Shown here piece after piece: positions 34,881 to 50,150 of a DNA stretch of 64,000 nucleotides. The notes below the pieces were generated by a model that saw nothing but the letters and a program-made list of their open reading frames with translations, was not told where the DNA came from and ran no database searches. The translations under genes and the position numbers were made by a program. This stretch comes from Iphione sp. A-MEVVRFRX5. Lineage: Eukaryota. The stretch's first letter is position 1. Each line of letters starts with the position of its first letter. The stretch is from the NCBI GenBank assembly GCA_976226885.1, contig OZ320318.1, positions 26,536,001 to 26,600,000 on the forward strand. Reading direction: 5' to 3'.

Positions 34881-35998
34881 GTATCCGCCGCTATTCTCCA
34901 CAAAGCTTTAGCCCCCTCCAACAGTACCAGAAAGCGACAATAAAATGAAGCAGCATCACATGTTAGCTAGGAGCTTGGCTGTCATTTCTGTGAAATAGCT
35001 ATCATTTCTTTGAAGTATTTTACATTTGTTTCGATACAGTCTACATTCACTTATCATCCCTGGTCTAAGATTTCCAGGTAAACAGCAACACTGCATGACT
35101 ACTAGCAGGATAAAATGCTGAGCCGCCTAACGTCAATATTATACATGTACATTGTAGAAAGCAGGTAGAACAAATATAGAAACATAACTAGGCCCTACCT
35201 ACACAACTGTATATGTAAAACTGTAGTGGGGCCTTGCCTTTTTTACTATCTGCACCTTATCCCGTCCGTGCTGCATGCCAATTAAATTCGTCTTCTCCGG
35301 CGACCAACCAAACAGATCAATTTACCTAGTCGGTCCCATCAGGCGCTTCGCTATGCTGGACTTCCTCGGAGAATGTCAACCTCGGCGATTGCATTTGAAT
35401 CTTCCACCAGGATGACGCAGGCGAACCGATCTCCATGGTGGCGCTAAGCTAGAAGGCCTTGCCCTGAGGGTTGGCATTGTCTTAAAGAAGATGTGAACGT
35501 TATAGTAGCCAGCAGCATCCAGGCCAGGGTATCAGTTGTCACCGCCGTTCGTTCGGAGGCCGCTGGTCCTGGACTCCGAATAGTGCGAGGCACGGACCAT
35601 CCAACACACGAGGATAGATCCTTTCTCATTTAGGTTAATGAACTGGAGGTGTGACTCCCCCCTGCTCCTACCCAAGGTTGTTGGGTATTGGCTGTAGCTG
35701 CTGATCACTGGCACCAACTCAATACCAGGCACCTTGACTACACCTCCGCGACTACTGCCAATATTAATTGATCCCCCCCCCCCCTGCGGGCGGGAACACA
35801 GACATATCACTGCAATAGCATCACAGGCTGGTAGGTCACATGTATAGACAGGGAGGAAGCGTTCTGTTGGGGAACGAATAGAGAATTCATGCGCTGGTGT
35901 GTGTACTTTTTTTGTACCGCCGAAAAATAGCAACGCATAGGTCAGCGCTGTCTATGTTTCTCCCTGAATAAGTATCTTCCTCCCCTTATCTTCCCCTT

Positions 35999-36003
<5 letters not shown>

Positions 36004-36048
<45 letters not shown>
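36004..36048. repeat. (CT)n microsatellite
   Basis: Directly visible. Confidence 0.97.
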
Positions 36049-36052
<4 letters not shown>

Positions 36053-39000
36053 TGAATATTTATATCACTAGTATTCCAAGTCAAGTACTGATGGTATGTT
36101 TCCTTTCGGTAAGAAAGCGAATTCGCTGCGTAACGGTTGGCGCCATCAAGTGACAGCAATGCGTTTGATAGTGATCTACATCTTTACATAGAATAGCCTG
36201 CTTGTCATAAGAGGAAAAAAACAAAATACTATGAACAATGCACTAGGCTTTTGAGCCTTCAATTAAAGTCTAAATTGGATGCCTATAAAAAGTCATAAGT
36301 ACTCTCCTGGTATCTACTCTAGCCTAGAGTACATAGCCTTTCCAATCAATTCAGAAACCATGCTCTTTTTTACTTGCACCAAACAACAGGTAACTAATAG
36401 TGACAACGCGTCAGCGCGTGCTGTGTAAAAACCGGATTGGAAGTAATGAGGACCCAAAATGGGTCGGACAAGTTAATGCATCGTGGACGTTCACAATTAA
36501 GTGTTTGGCTGACAAATTATTTCGCCAACCGAACAAATGATTACCACCTTCTCAGAGATGGGTCAACCTTGATGGGGAACTCTCACTTGCCGCTGGATGA
36601 TAATAGTTCCCGCTCACATCTGTGCCGTCTTTTATACGCGAGGAGTCAAAGGAAATTGTAGACTATTTCAATGTCCTACGCATGAAAACTTTTTAATTCT
36701 GGACTACAATTGTACTTTTCCATTCACATTGGGAACTCACCGTTTGAAAATCACCTCTTGCAGCATCTCTGATCTGCTACTTCAGGGTATTTATCATTTT
36801 TCGAAAATGTTGCCGAATGCACTCATAAAACATGCTCACAAATCCAAGAGAGCAGTCAGTGATGTACAGTTGCTTGGGGAATCTTAAGAACAAGCAGTGT
36901 TTTTCCTATTGACAAAAACGTATTATCCTGGGAAAGGTCCCGATCGGAAACTCTGCTAGCGGACAGGCTTTTTCTGACCGTCTTTATAAGGGGTCAGGTC
37001 TGGGTACTGAATCCCACTTGAATTACACTTTTTTCAGGAATAGATAATTGCTCGTTCTTTAAGATAAGCAATTCATAGGAGAACCGTGGTCCTGTCGTCT
37101 AGAATCAACTTGGCGAATGAGCCGCTGATACGGCATATGCTGATATACGCGTTGACCCTGGAGGACGATGCGAAGTATTTCTCTTTTCCTCACTAGGTGT
37201 ATCTAACGAGCAGAGCCTTTCAGAGGTACCTCCGTCCAGACGCATCCTGCAGGCACCGAGCTGGCTTCCCTCTGTTAGTGTAATCAGGCATTGCCTTTGC
37301 CATTCCATCTAGCAGTACTCTTAACAGAGCCGTTTATTTGAGTAAGAAAACGGCCGCTTCCAACAGAAAATGCTACGGAAAAAAAATCTACTGACGAAAC
37401 CATAGAAGACAGGATATTTTCTTTTGAACTTTTGCCGATTGTTTGTTTGCCTTCGTTTGCCTTTCAAAATGAAACATTATATCATGCTTGGTGTCCCTTT
37501 TTAGGGATTAAATATATTTCAAATGCGGTGGACCCACATCTTACTTTGGTATCGTTTTCCAGCCTTGGTGTGAAGTCTCGTTGAGTTTATAACGCTCATC
37601 GTTTTGTCAGTTCATGTAACGGTTATTCTCACAAAACGATGAGCAACCAGAGAGCATTACCATACGGAAACTTTACTGAAATGTGTATTGCAATACCTTC
37701 AACAATTATTGTGCAGGCGGGAAAGAGAAGTGAAACTTCACAGGCGCCCCCCCCCAAATAATGTCAGACGGTGAGAAATAACGCGACAATTATGAAATAT
37801 TTCTCCTGGGGACATTGAGAGAAGTACAAGGGAGGGTATGAAAGGAAGGGCGAGTCGAATACGAATTGTACGATAATTAAAGCTGCTGCATGCATCACAC
37901 GGCACAAATCGCACACTATCGTGATGACTTGATTAATGAAAGCTTCATTCAGAGTGAAGAGCGTAGCTCTACGTGACAGAAAGGATTTGGGCTCAATTAC
38001 GGCCGTCTGTTAAAAGGCTTTGCAACACATTGGTAGAAATCAAAGAAATAGGTTTTTTTCAGGAGAATTAGTTACAAATATAGAATGCAGCATCTGGACA
38101 GCCAATAATCATCGGGGAAAAAATCAACTGTCACAGGTCTCTTCCTACGTTTTTAATCAACTTTCATGATGCGACTTCAGCGATCCAATACAATTAAGAG
38201 CTTTTGTCTGAACATTGCACGTAGGAGAGGTAACATGTTGATGATGAAGGGTAAAGTGAATAAGTATCTCGTAATTCGCATACGATGATGGATATGGTAT
38301 AGATTTAACGAATCGTAGCTTCTTAATTAGTAGCTAATAGTCAATTGATGTTCGTTGAAAATATTAGCAGATGTGACGTGACTCCACGTTGCTTCTAATT
38401 GGATCTTTGGGAACTATCAACACGCGATTGCAGCTCAGTTCTCACAGTACTTTTCTTTCTTCAACCACAGACAAGTCACAACTCCCTCTGACAAGATACA
38501 GCTTTTCTATTTTTATACCTCTGCAAGTATTGTTTTTCAAACATGCTATGAATGCCTATCGCCTTCGCGTATCACCCGCATTCATAGCCTACTTTGTCGT
38601 CTGCTCGCACATGTAATGAACTCTACTTTAAAAAATGATGCGACAATATTCTATGATGTTGTATTTCAACGTTGGTGCGAATTCAGTGACGCACCTCGAT
38701 ACCGTGTTTCTCTGAATCAATCGATTAATTAGTAGCCATGAATTTCGGACGATTTAGTAAAAATGCAGGCTTTGGGACATGACTCAAGCTTCAGACACCA
38801 ATCCCAGTAACGGGGATGGGCAAAGCATTGACCCCCACATAGCTCCGATATCCGCTAATCATATCACATTCCGTCGTGGGCAATGCCAATCCAATCAGGG
38901 TATTCATTAAGACGTGATTACAAGGGCAGGGTGGTGGCAGCTGGTGGCTTAGGAAGGCCATAAGCCAGAGGAGCGAAAGATGCCACCGGCCGCATTCTCC

Positions 39001-42000
39001 TCCTACCCGCCGCACTGGGAGAACCCTACCACGAAACATTCCCAGGGTTATCACTCACATCTTTACGGTTTCTTAAATTAAAGCAATAACAGAGAGAGAT
39101 AGTGTTCTAGGCAGCCTTTATCGTAGAGAATTAAAGATAAAAGGAATGATATAAATCGTTTACAGTCAGCTACTTTATCACGATACGAAATCGAATTATT
39201 TAAAAGACTTCGAATCACTAATTGCGCCGCTGCGAAAAAGGCTCCTTTGTGTACCCCATAAAAGTTTTACACTTGCTTTCCGTTTCTTCCGGTCGGTGTA
39301 ATACTTTGATGTTTCAGTCATTAGGTTGCATTAAAGAGCAACCGGAAAAACATACAGCTTTATCTAATTCAGGGTCTCCCGCTACTACTTTTATTCCAAA
39401 TTGACTTTGTTCATACAGGATGTACCTGCGACAGTATGCTTTTCGAAGTGTTCCACGAGGGGAATAGTCCTATGAATCACGAGACATAAACGGTTTCCCG
39501 ATGCAGGGGATATGTATGTAGAAAGTGTAAGGAGGCTCCAGATCGCCTTCTCATCTGTATCTACCACAGCATCATACTCTCCTGTCCACCTTGTGGAAGT
39601 ACATCTATTAATGTCCTCGTCAATTTGTTTGACTTTGTCAGCCTAGGTAACCACCAGACGGTGGTCGATAATCTCGTTTGAACCGCTCAAGTGCACTCTT
39701 CTCGGCCTATACATCCCTGAGGTACTTAGCAAAAGTAGCTACCGTCCGAGGGGGGCTAGTTAGGCTTTAAACATATCTGTGTAACATATCTTGTAACCCG
39801 ACTGACCCTGACATTGCTTCTTCAGAACTTTCAAACAAATGTTTTGTCAATATCCTGGGAATGACTAAGGCTAGAGCCTGACACTACACATAATTTTCTT
39901 CCTCAACCCCTTGGCTTTTATGTGATATTAATCTAAAATTCAAAAGCAGAAGTGATATTTTTGAGCCTGCAAGATACAGTGTACTTTTTTAAAGCTGCAT
40001 TATAACTAAAAAAATAAACACCTATCTACCAACCCTATATTTCGTCAGCCTGTTATCGGAAACACATATTGTTTTAGGCCTCCGCAGTGGCAAAATGTCT
40101 ACACTCCACCCGGAGGTATATATATATATATATTTACACACGTATGTTCTCAATCTATGTAAATATATAGTATACATATTCATGCTGCAGCTTGAATGTC
40201 GACTGTACATTAACATCAGAGTGGATTAATATCCTTTGGTCTGTATGGCATTTTGCCTCGTCACTGACTTTGAATAGTATTTCACATGGGCATACTATTG
40301 CGGCATTCTCTCTGTCCCTTCTCGCAAGGAATACACCATGGCAGATAGAGCAGGAAGTTATTTCCGTGGTTGACCTACACATCTCTGGATCTGTGTATTA
40401 GGTGGCTTGCCATCAACTGGATGAATGATAAATTCCAACGTTCTTTGGGGATTTGTGATTTCACGATGCTTCCAGTACGCATAAAAGGCAGATATCTGCA
40501 TATCTAGATATCTTCCAACGTGATCTACTTTCTTGACCATCATATCGTATTGTTGTAAAAGAAGGATGGGCCAATTCTTACTGGAATATGATGTGGGACA
40601 CAACGGCCTACTTCCGATTTCAGAGAAATTATTACTAGTACTTGGGCGACCATTTCGAATTAAACGTGAGCGTTCAATGTATGTAAGGAAGTTTTTTTAC
40701 TCCTCCTTGGAAGGATGTTTGCCGAAAACGTCGTCGATAATGAACTCTGCTTCAAGACTGATTGGGCCTGTGGGACCCTTCTATAATGATTATTAACAGT
40801 TTTTGAAAATGTCTTTATGGTGGGTAAGCTATCAGAAATCTAAACAGGAAGAAGCCAATGATATCCCAGAAGACATGGCGCGATATGCTGTGGACCTGTT
40901 AACCGTGATTCGTCGCAGATTATTCTGCAGTGATTATGGTAAATGCAATCGCTAGAACTGATTTTCTATCTATCTCTCTATCTTTCATCTATCTCTGATT
41001 AAAAGGACATAAACTTGAGATATAAGTAGAGAAAAGCTAGGAGTTAAACCATACGTGCCACTCGGCATTTATTTATGTCTATATTCATATGACAAATCCC
41101 TGTACGTTTTATTTGATGTTATTCAGATTTCTTTGTGCTTGCATCATTCATTGCTTCCGAAACTGGAAAGAGCTTGCCCACCCATTTGCTGAGGCTGGAA
41201 AAAACGCAAAATCAGATAGGGCCAATCTTACTATAAATATTGTAAAAGAGAGAAGCGCATTGATTTCTCAGGGAAGAGTTCGCCACCAGAGGCCGCTTTT
41301 ATTTCCCAATCGCACTGCCACAAAGGAGTATCCTCTTACTGTGGTCGTGCGTCTTTAATTAAAACATTGGTTCACAGCAGGGCTCACTGTAGCCTCGGGA
41401 GCAGGCGGAGAGCCAATAGAGATCATTGCACACGGTCGTTGTAGGAACCTTGGTCCAACCTTCTCGGATACCATACAACCCTTTTGAGTCCAACCCCCCC
41501 CCCCCCCGTCTCTCAACCCTCCTCCCTAATTTTCTTTTCTCAGGAAGCTACTTCTTCTGGTGTCACGCAAAGACATGGCCGATTCACGGCTGCTCTCTTG
41601 ACTGTTCGGTTACTCTCTCAAGAATAGTTTTGCTAGGTCCACTAGGACCAATTATTTGCCAGAAAGGCACCGATTATACATGTATACATGTATTCAGCTA
41701 TATGCGTGTTTCTGCCGCATAATTATATTATTCCACGCAAGCATGCATCTGGTTTCTTCAAGTTAAATTGTCGGTCGTAAACTTTGTCAGTTAACATCTT
41801 TCCACTAGGAAAGTTTTGGAAAGCACTACGATGTTTTAACGTTTCCTCGACAAGTTATTTGCTTCATTAATACCTTTTTAACAATGTACTTTGTGCTTAT
41901 TATGTTAGTCTTCTATAACTCTGACTTGCAAGGACAGTCAATTATTCTTCTACCCGCTGGACAGTATAATAAGATTATTCTCTACCAGGAACTCCCAATG

Positions 42001-43134
42001 CCCCACTCTCTGCTTGAGTTAATACTATGCCTGCGTGCTGTTGCCCTATTATTTACCGGTATCCTTTCACTCGCGTCTGCTGTAGAAGGCAAGACGCGTC
42101 CAGCCACAACACCTGCCTTGTCATCCGTCCAGCTCCATACTCAGCCGCCCTTTATGGTTCCCTCTTACAGCGAGATGTTTGTCGCTGAAGCTACTGTTTT
42201 TTTCGTCGGAATCTGTACGCCATGGATTTGAAAGAGTGTTTTAACGAAGTAAAGCTAATGAGACAAGCCCGTGATGTTTTAGGCTTGTAAGACCTAGGAC
42301 TGGCTGGCTAATTGGGAGACGCTTAAGGCAAAATATACGCCCGCCTTAATATAATTCACAGGTCTATCTATGTTCATATGTATGTTTATATGTGCATGCA
42401 ATGAAATAGCGAATAATGCAAAACTGTATCACCGTATTTAGATGTTTTCAATGTTCTGTACACAATGTTAGGATACAATGTGCGCAAAATAATCTTTTAG
42501 GACTTTTAAAATTCTTCGGGCTGTGAGGCCATAGTGGTGCAGGAGGTGGGGGATGCTTTTGCACATGCTATCTTCGACTCTCCACCACCTCTCTATCACC
42601 CTCCCTCCATCTCTCTTTCTTCTTTTTTTTTTGTCTTTTTTGTGTGTGTCTTCTCAAAATGTAGAGGTTTTTATTCTTGTTATATTTTTGTGTTATTACC
42701 GCAAAAAATATCAATTACCAATGCACCAGCCTATTTTACGCGAAAGACAATCCCTGCTTTATATTCAGTGAAATATTCTAATGTAATTAAAGGGGCTGCT
42801 TTGTAAATGAACTAAATCATGCGGGGCAGTAAACAAATGGGATGTTCCAAACGCAAATGACAGGTCTCCTCATGGTGGTTGACTCATTCGTGTAAATTTG
42901 GAATGTCTCCTAGGAGTACAATACAGTAGAACCCCTATTTCCGACTACCCCTTGGTTCCCAGCTAAAGTGGTCGCATTGGCGATTCTGGTCTGAAATTGG
43001 TTGTAGTTAATATAGAATTTAAGACTTCTGGTCCCACCTTAAATGGTCAGAAAGTGGATTTGGTCGGAAATTGATGTGGTCAGAAATAGAAGTTCGATTG
43101 TATTTATAGGCTTATCATATGTGTACATATTTAG

Positions 43135-43140
<6 letters not shown>

Positions 43141-43219
<79 letters not shown>
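43141..43219. repeat. Compound (TG)n(GA)n microsatellite
   Basis: Directly visible. Confidence 0.97.
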
Positions 43220-43223
<4 letters not shown>

Positions 43224-44759
43224 TGAGCGTATCCATAAGGATCCATATGATACAATGGCTAGTATCTCAATTTTCACAGACCGACCTGTTCATTAGGGAA
43301 GTAGCACTTGAAAGTGGCCTTAGATAGCACAGAAATGTACAGGACAGTATAAAGAATGTAGGATCAGTCAGAGAATGCAGAATCAATTATGCCTGATCTA
43401 TTTTTCATGATACCTGTGCGGAATACCAGACATTACACACAAAAAACTGGTTTTAGACATATATTATGCCAATTTCATAAGGAATATGTAAAAGATATAC
43501 ATGTACCTATTTATATAACCCTATGCCAGCATTCAATCTACACATATGTACATGTTCTCCCATGCATCAAATATAGGAACAGATTGTACTTTCCTTGCAT
43601 AAATTATATGGACAGCTTTCGATTAGAAACAGTCTAGGAGAGAGGAAAAAGTGTTCTTATTAGAGGCACACCACTGTGTATATACAAACCAGAAATTAAA
43701 TAATGTAACATGTATCTGCACGTGCGGATGCTGAGCAATAGAGACACCTTTCACTTTCAGAAATCCAACCAAATTTGCGATTTTGTAGAAACACTCCTCA
43801 TTCCTATTATCCAAACAGTTGAAAAAAGAAAGCAACATCGACCTCTTTGATATGGTGAGAAATCAGATCAGATAGGCGTGGAGAAACAATGTGTGTAGAC
43901 CTGTTTTAATACTGACACGGTGAATAGCAAGCCCTTACAAAGCGTACACTGCAGGGCCCCAGCATTGTCAGTAAGACGGCAAAAGAAATGTGCCCAGCTG
44001 AAGACTTCATGATGCGATTTTTATCCTGATAAAGAAACGCAGGAACTTGAGCTACGCCCAAAGGACGAGACCTGTCTCACCCGAGGAAATTAACGTCCTG
44101 CGTTTCGTCCCTCTCTCGCCAGACAGGAAGTGGTAATTTTTTTCACGAATTCATTCCGGACTGCGAACGTGGACAATGCTACCATGATATATTTTCAGCG
44201 CTGTCTTCCTCTGACCGTTCTTGACTTTTTCTACCGATGAACGTGACCGGAAATATGGTGGATTCGATCAAATGTACACTGTCCAGATGCACCGTATCAG
44301 CTAGCAAATAATTTCCACGTGGCATTTCTACAAGCCTCCACTGATAAGCATACAGCGTTGAAGACACTGTCAGACGACAAAATCAGATGTGTACGCCCAC
44401 TGTGCACATCTGAGCTGTGTCTAATTGTCATGTCGCTAAACTCCTAGCAATTATAGGAAATAATTATGGACTGAGATGCTGTTGGAATAATAGAGAGTTA
44501 CAGAGGGAAGGAAAATGGGAGCATGTCAAGTGTATCATCAGATAATACAGGACTGCGTGAATTATGCGCACATTGTAGACGCAGGCAAATCGCAAATATC
44601 CATCTGAGCAAGGGAGTTACAAGTAAAAGGAAAGGAAGTGGGGTTTTGGACAAAAAACGGGAGAAGAAGGACGGAGGCAGCCCTCGTCCATCAGGACCGG
44701 TTATTTCCCAGAACTAAGTGGGCCACCGTTTATAGGATTGCCCTCCAGGGGTAGTATTT

Positions 44760-45530
44760 CCGCCTAAATGCCCCATTGTCGTTTATTGGCAGCCGGCGGC
44801 GCTGACCCCCCCCCCCCGCTCCCCCTTTCTGCTTCTGCTCCCTCCTCTCCCGAGTACATGTCGTCTACCCACTGACCTGGTTGCGTTCAAGGACTGTCAG
44901 CTATATAGGTAAACAAGTGGTGGGACGAGTCTCGGATACTCGCAGGCCAACTTGACTTCCCCTCTAGTCAACCAGTGCAAGCAACTCACTCTCCGAATCC
45001 GGCAGTAATTGAAGCTGCAAGTAGTTTTCAGTTATCTTTTAGTGGCCCGTAAAAAACAAGGGTGTGGGCCTTATTACATGGAGGCGCGGTGGGGAGGTGC
45101 CCCTCACTCCTTCCTAACAACTCTTGAAAAAAAAGAGGGGGGGGGGGTAGTCACCCGTTTTCTATCCAATATCTCCATCTCAGCGACACACGCAGTCGGG
45201 ACCGCTTAAACCAGCTCCCCGACTACAACTGGCCCATATATAGGGTTGTGCAGTGGTCGTAGGACGACATTTTAAGGACGCATTAGGCGTGCTGAGCTAG
45301 CCTATAAATATCGGAATTCGACCAAAACGAAATGACAAGGCGGTAGGCCACACCACCTCGGGCGGCGGCGGCCGCCGCCGCCGCCAGGCATGCGGGATCA
45401 CGTCGACGAGGCCGGCGCAAATGGCCGCCTCGCGGCGGCGGCGTTTAGAGGACACTGAAGTCTTTACGGCGACCATCGATTCTGATCGATATATAGATCT
45501 CATGTCTGCCGGGCGTTTATGTTAATGATA
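44760..45530. promoter_or_regulatory. CpG-island-like region
   Basis: High CpG density in an AT-rich background, tataaata at 45303, GGC/CCG runs and a YY1-like aaatggccgcc. Confidence 0.35.
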
Positions 45531-46249
45531 AAGCGATTGTGTATTCGTTAGACGTGATGAGGATATATAGCAACGATTTGATGGTCCCACTAAACGAATA
45601 CTTAATGCCTAAGGCATGACGATTATATAACAACTTTGTCAAAATTCATAGGTTACTTTTAAAGTGTGACCGGGGTCGCTTTCCTTATCAATCTTATAGT
45701 ATTTACTTAAATTGTAATGTGTCTGCGAGTTTGTCCGTTTATCTATGTTTACATGTAGGTGTATCTCAGAATGCCAGGCCACGTGAACTTAAATTGAATG
45801 TCAGTATTAAGCTTATAAAAATTATAAGGTACATATCCATTATTGGCTTCCTATAGATCTGAAGAACACGTATTTGTATTAACCACAGCGGCGCTACTTT
45901 TTAACATCCAGTCTCGCTGAACGATTGTAAAAAATGCCGTGAGATTATATGTAGTGTCCTCAATAAAGATCACTTTAAAAGATTCACCGAACTAGACGGC
46001 CTGTCAGAGTTTGGTTGGTAACTGTCTCTGAACACCCGGGCCAGAGAAAATAGCGGGAAAATGACATCTTGACATATGGTAGATTTCCTGCCTCTAAGCA
46101 CTACATATATATTTTATTTCAAGGAAAAGAACAGATGTTTTTAATAAAAGGGGCATGTAAATCTATTCTGAGTGTCACGTTGACTAGTAGCTTCTAGCTT
46201 GGTTTCATGTGCGTAGTCGAAGGCTTTCAAAATGTATGTACATTCCCAT

Positions 46250-46640
46250 ATTGATACAGAGTGTGTCGAATAATTTATGGCAAGCGCTTGTTTGACGTCT
46301 TGGTACTATCCCGAAGACACTTAATTTTGCATATTGAATATCCAGAAGAACGTACGTTTTTTAAATACCAGCGTATTTACGAACATCATTCCTTTAGGAT
46401 TCCATAAGAAACGTCTCTGGCCTGTTCTAGCTGAACCGCCCAGTCCACATTCGTAAACAGATCGCTGAAAGGCTGCGACCGTTCATTAAAACGAGTTTGT
46501 TGACAGTCCATCCGCTTTGCAGATGTTGGCTTCAAAGAAACTGATTCAATGAAGAACTGTCCAGATGTTGTGGGAATATCACATGAAGGGCGCGGCAAAA
46601 TCAATGACAAACGGTGTGGTCGCTTTTCAATATGCCCGCC
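46250..46640 (-). mobile_element. Degenerate LINE ORF2 fragment (endonuclease end and linker)
   Basis: Minus strand KSDH (C-terminal motif of the APE endonuclease) near 46625, followed by FSDLFTNVDWAVQLEQARDVS (typical F...L..VDW..V...DV linker). Confidence 0.42.
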
Positions 46641-47924
46641 ACTGATAATAATACCATTTAATTTGCCAAATGGAGAAAGTTGCGGGACCTACATCAACAC
46701 CAAAAGGTAATATGGTAAACTGTTCAGCAAATGGCATGAATGGCATCATTTCCTCCTGCTGCCTCGTGTTTCTTTGACATCTCCGGGGTGTTTTGTGTAG
46801 ACAACTACCAACAGGGGCGGAAGCGTTGATGGGCGTAAGTAGTATAAAGAACCAGTGGTTTGTCGACGGCACAAGGTGCAGAAATCAAATAGGATACGTC
46901 GGTGGGTAACAGAAATGTCATTTCATCAGGACTTCGTCCGAGGAAGGAAATGACGTAGAAAAAACGTATGGAAATGCTAGAGTAAATGCTATTATGGTGC
47001 CGTTTGTTTTTATTTTGATTTGATTCCGACAACAAATATTGGAGAAAGGTGAATGCTCATAGCTCCCAACGATTTGCTTTTTTGATGAATCAGTTTAATA
47101 TGCACTTTTTCCTTCGTACAAACAAACGTAGGAGCAAACAAAAATTCTCGAAACTAACACAGCTTTTTCCTCTTAGACTGAGTCTTATCATCTAAGATTA
47201 TCACAGTTTTTAAAATGAAGTACCTGGTCCATCAGCTGATTGCTCTCCGTGTTGTGAAATGCCTTGTTTTTGTCAGGTGCCAATTTGCAACGTCTTAAAG
47301 TCCCACAATATTTAACTCGCCCATCAAACCTTGATTTCTCAAACTCAGGTCGGACGCAACTTCTTTGGTCGAGGCGTAAATGTAAAGGGATGGCAAATTC
47401 GAATGACTTCAGTCGAATTACATGTATGTAGCATCAGCTCAGTAACAAACAACACCGACTATTTTGGGCGCCGTCCAGCTAGTCTGGGCTGGACATACAT
47501 GTATATGAAGGTTTTGTATGCTACCAGTTAACATGTCCAAAACAACAGATACTATGACTGCAAAGTATCACATACTGCATTAGCCAAAACTGAAATTGGA
47601 TCTGTGAACACGCTACATTTGCCTCCCACTCCATGGTCTCATGTATAGATAATCGCTATCAAACTCTGTTCACCCTCACCGTTAACAACATTGTGATGTA
47701 TCAATATTCAATAATCAAACCTGCGAAAACGTACTTTATGTATGTATATCAGGATAAAAAAGAAAACAAATACACCCTGCAGTACCTTGTAACCTGTAAC
47801 ACAAGAACTCGGGATGACGCAGGTTTCCTGGTTAGTCAATGGCTTTATTACGGCAGAGTGGACACATATAAGTAGCAGGATGGAGCTCTCCGAAAAGTTG
47901 GGAGAAATTATCGACATTATGTAC

Positions 47925-48070
47925 CAATAGTTCACGACTCTTATGTTGGAGTTCACAACCTTCTGGTCATAGTTCCTAACCTATGGAACATAGTTCACAA
48001 CCTTAGGCACAAAGTTTATGACATGTCGTAACCTTAGCTCATGGTGCACATGACCTCTGACTTAGGTGTA
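47925..48070. repeat. Degenerate ~21-bp minisatellite
   Basis: Recurring atagttcacaacctt / agttcacaacctt / atagttcctaacct units. Confidence 0.55.
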
Positions 48071-49899
48071 TGCCCTTGGTCATGACCAGTCAAGAATCAA
48101 ATTAACCCTTGATCCCATCTTAGCACCCTTTGTGATACATGGCATGAGCTGTCAACACCTATCTTTGAAGTGCCTCAAAATCCACATTCAAATGTAACAT
48201 TTATGTCCAACCTGTCACTTTTCATAGATTATGAGTGTCTGCTCCACCAGAGACTGTTGGTGTCCAGACTATCAGTGGTACTGCTTAGTAACATGGTAAA
48301 GCTGTTGTCTCTACATGGACAGCACTTATAGACTTATATCTGTATAATGTGCAAGGATCTCTGTCTATTTTAACCAATCATGAACAGTAATATAATGTTT
48401 TCTTACAAATAAACCGTTATCTTAACTGTAACATAACATTATCACAATCTAGTATAACACTACCAAACTATTGTCTGAATCCTGTAATGTTATCTGACTC
48501 ACTGTCATATATCTATGATACACAAAAAATGTCCAAACCAACATCCAAACATTCTATTGTCCTCATGTCCGAATGTCAGTTTGCCTGCTATGACTTGATG
48601 TCCTCCATGACTGAACATCCGAATGACCATCATAATATCTTTATTCAACACAACTGTATTACAAACCTATCCACTGCCGTTTTCAATAAAAATTAATGAT
48701 ATTATTACAAATGCATCCAACAGACATGTGCACAACTTTCATGTATTTAGTAGATTGGATATATTTGTGATATTACGCATTATTCCTTTCATTGCCATAT
48801 TTCCTCAGCTTTTCCTACATCCAAACAAATATCTCCAGTGGCAATTTGCATAAACATTATACCTTGAAACAGAGTGAAACATCTACATGATGGCTTTGGG
48901 CTCAGGTAGTGGAGTTTGATTCTCGCTGTATGTGATGGTGATGCTGTTGGTGCACTTAAGGCTGTAACGATTAAGTGCTGGTCAGTAAAACATTCTCCTC
49001 ATTTTATTCGTCTGAGAGGAAATTTCAGCCTTTCTTAAGTGTAAAATTCTGGCAGCATGTAATTGATCCAAAGCATGGCTATCCAAATTATTCTGTATGT
49101 TTAAATAATTACGACTCTGTCGAAAATGCCTGCCGAGTTAAATGAGGAGTATAAAAACTCCTTTTTGTCGTGTTGAAGCACACGTTCTTCACTAATGGAT
49201 CAGACAGTATAATATTTTGGCATTGAACTGTTTTTATTGGATTCATTTTGCCTTTAACCTAAATAAACGGACAACAAATATAGCACACTAACATCTGCGG
49301 GTAAAAACGTAATTGATAAAGATTTGGAATGCTCTTTGAAGAGGGGAACTACTGCAGCCTAAAAGGGAAACCTGTCAGTCCTGCACTATTGATTTTAGAT
49401 GATGGTTTCAATATTTTTGAAGTTAACGTCAGTGCATTACAACGTATAATCATTTGCTACGCGTACATTGTAATACTATTTCCTTCTTTGCTCTTGACAG
49501 CTGAATATTTAATAGGCCTCATAATTATCTTAGCATTTAGTTACATCACACATACTCTTACGTGCAATTTACCAAAAATAGACCCGCATTATTTACTGAC
49601 AGATCGAAGCTGGAACTAGAAAATTACATAGGTAGACCGTAGGCTGACAAACTTTCTAAACAGTATGGAAATTTCATCACACAGCAACTAGTTTGACTGA
49701 CACCAGGAAAAGCGATCTTTCCGCGTCAAATATGCGTGAACCATTAGTGGGGTTTAGCGGCTTCATTCCTTATTTTTCGTCCCTACTTCCTGTGAAAGTT
49801 GCTTCTGACTTCAGGGGTTAAGGAAGAAATTGCCTTGCGGCATCAGAATGTGCCGCTGGTTTTTAATTTTGTGGTCTTTCGTCGGCGACGAACGATATT

Positions 49900-50150
49900 G
49901 CCTTCTCTGAGGACGTACACAGCGAGGGTAGCGGCCACTTGCCGGCTGCTGGGCGGCGCAAGGGGCGGTAAGTTGGCAAAGTCAACAAGGCCGGAGGAGC
50001 CCATCAGAACAACCATTGTTCCTTCTTGGAGACATGGTTCGTCAATCGATATACCACTGGTCCTTCTGTTGTAGCTGGGTTGCTAGGCATTTCCAGGACC
50101 TCCTCCGGTGCCAGCAGGTCCATATTTTTTTCATTGCTGACTCTATATGG
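49900..50150 (+). mobile_element. Possible LINE endonuclease N-terminal remnant
   Basis: GGARGG...KVNK...CSFLETWF resembles the RGG / SL.NK / ETW motifs of L2-like ORF2 starts. Confidence 0.25.

Noticed and set aside
35350-35930. Minus-strand ORFs with GGGG and VILVEDSNA resembling a LINE endonuclease
   Set aside because: The Gly run comes from a poly-C tract and the motif match is too loose.
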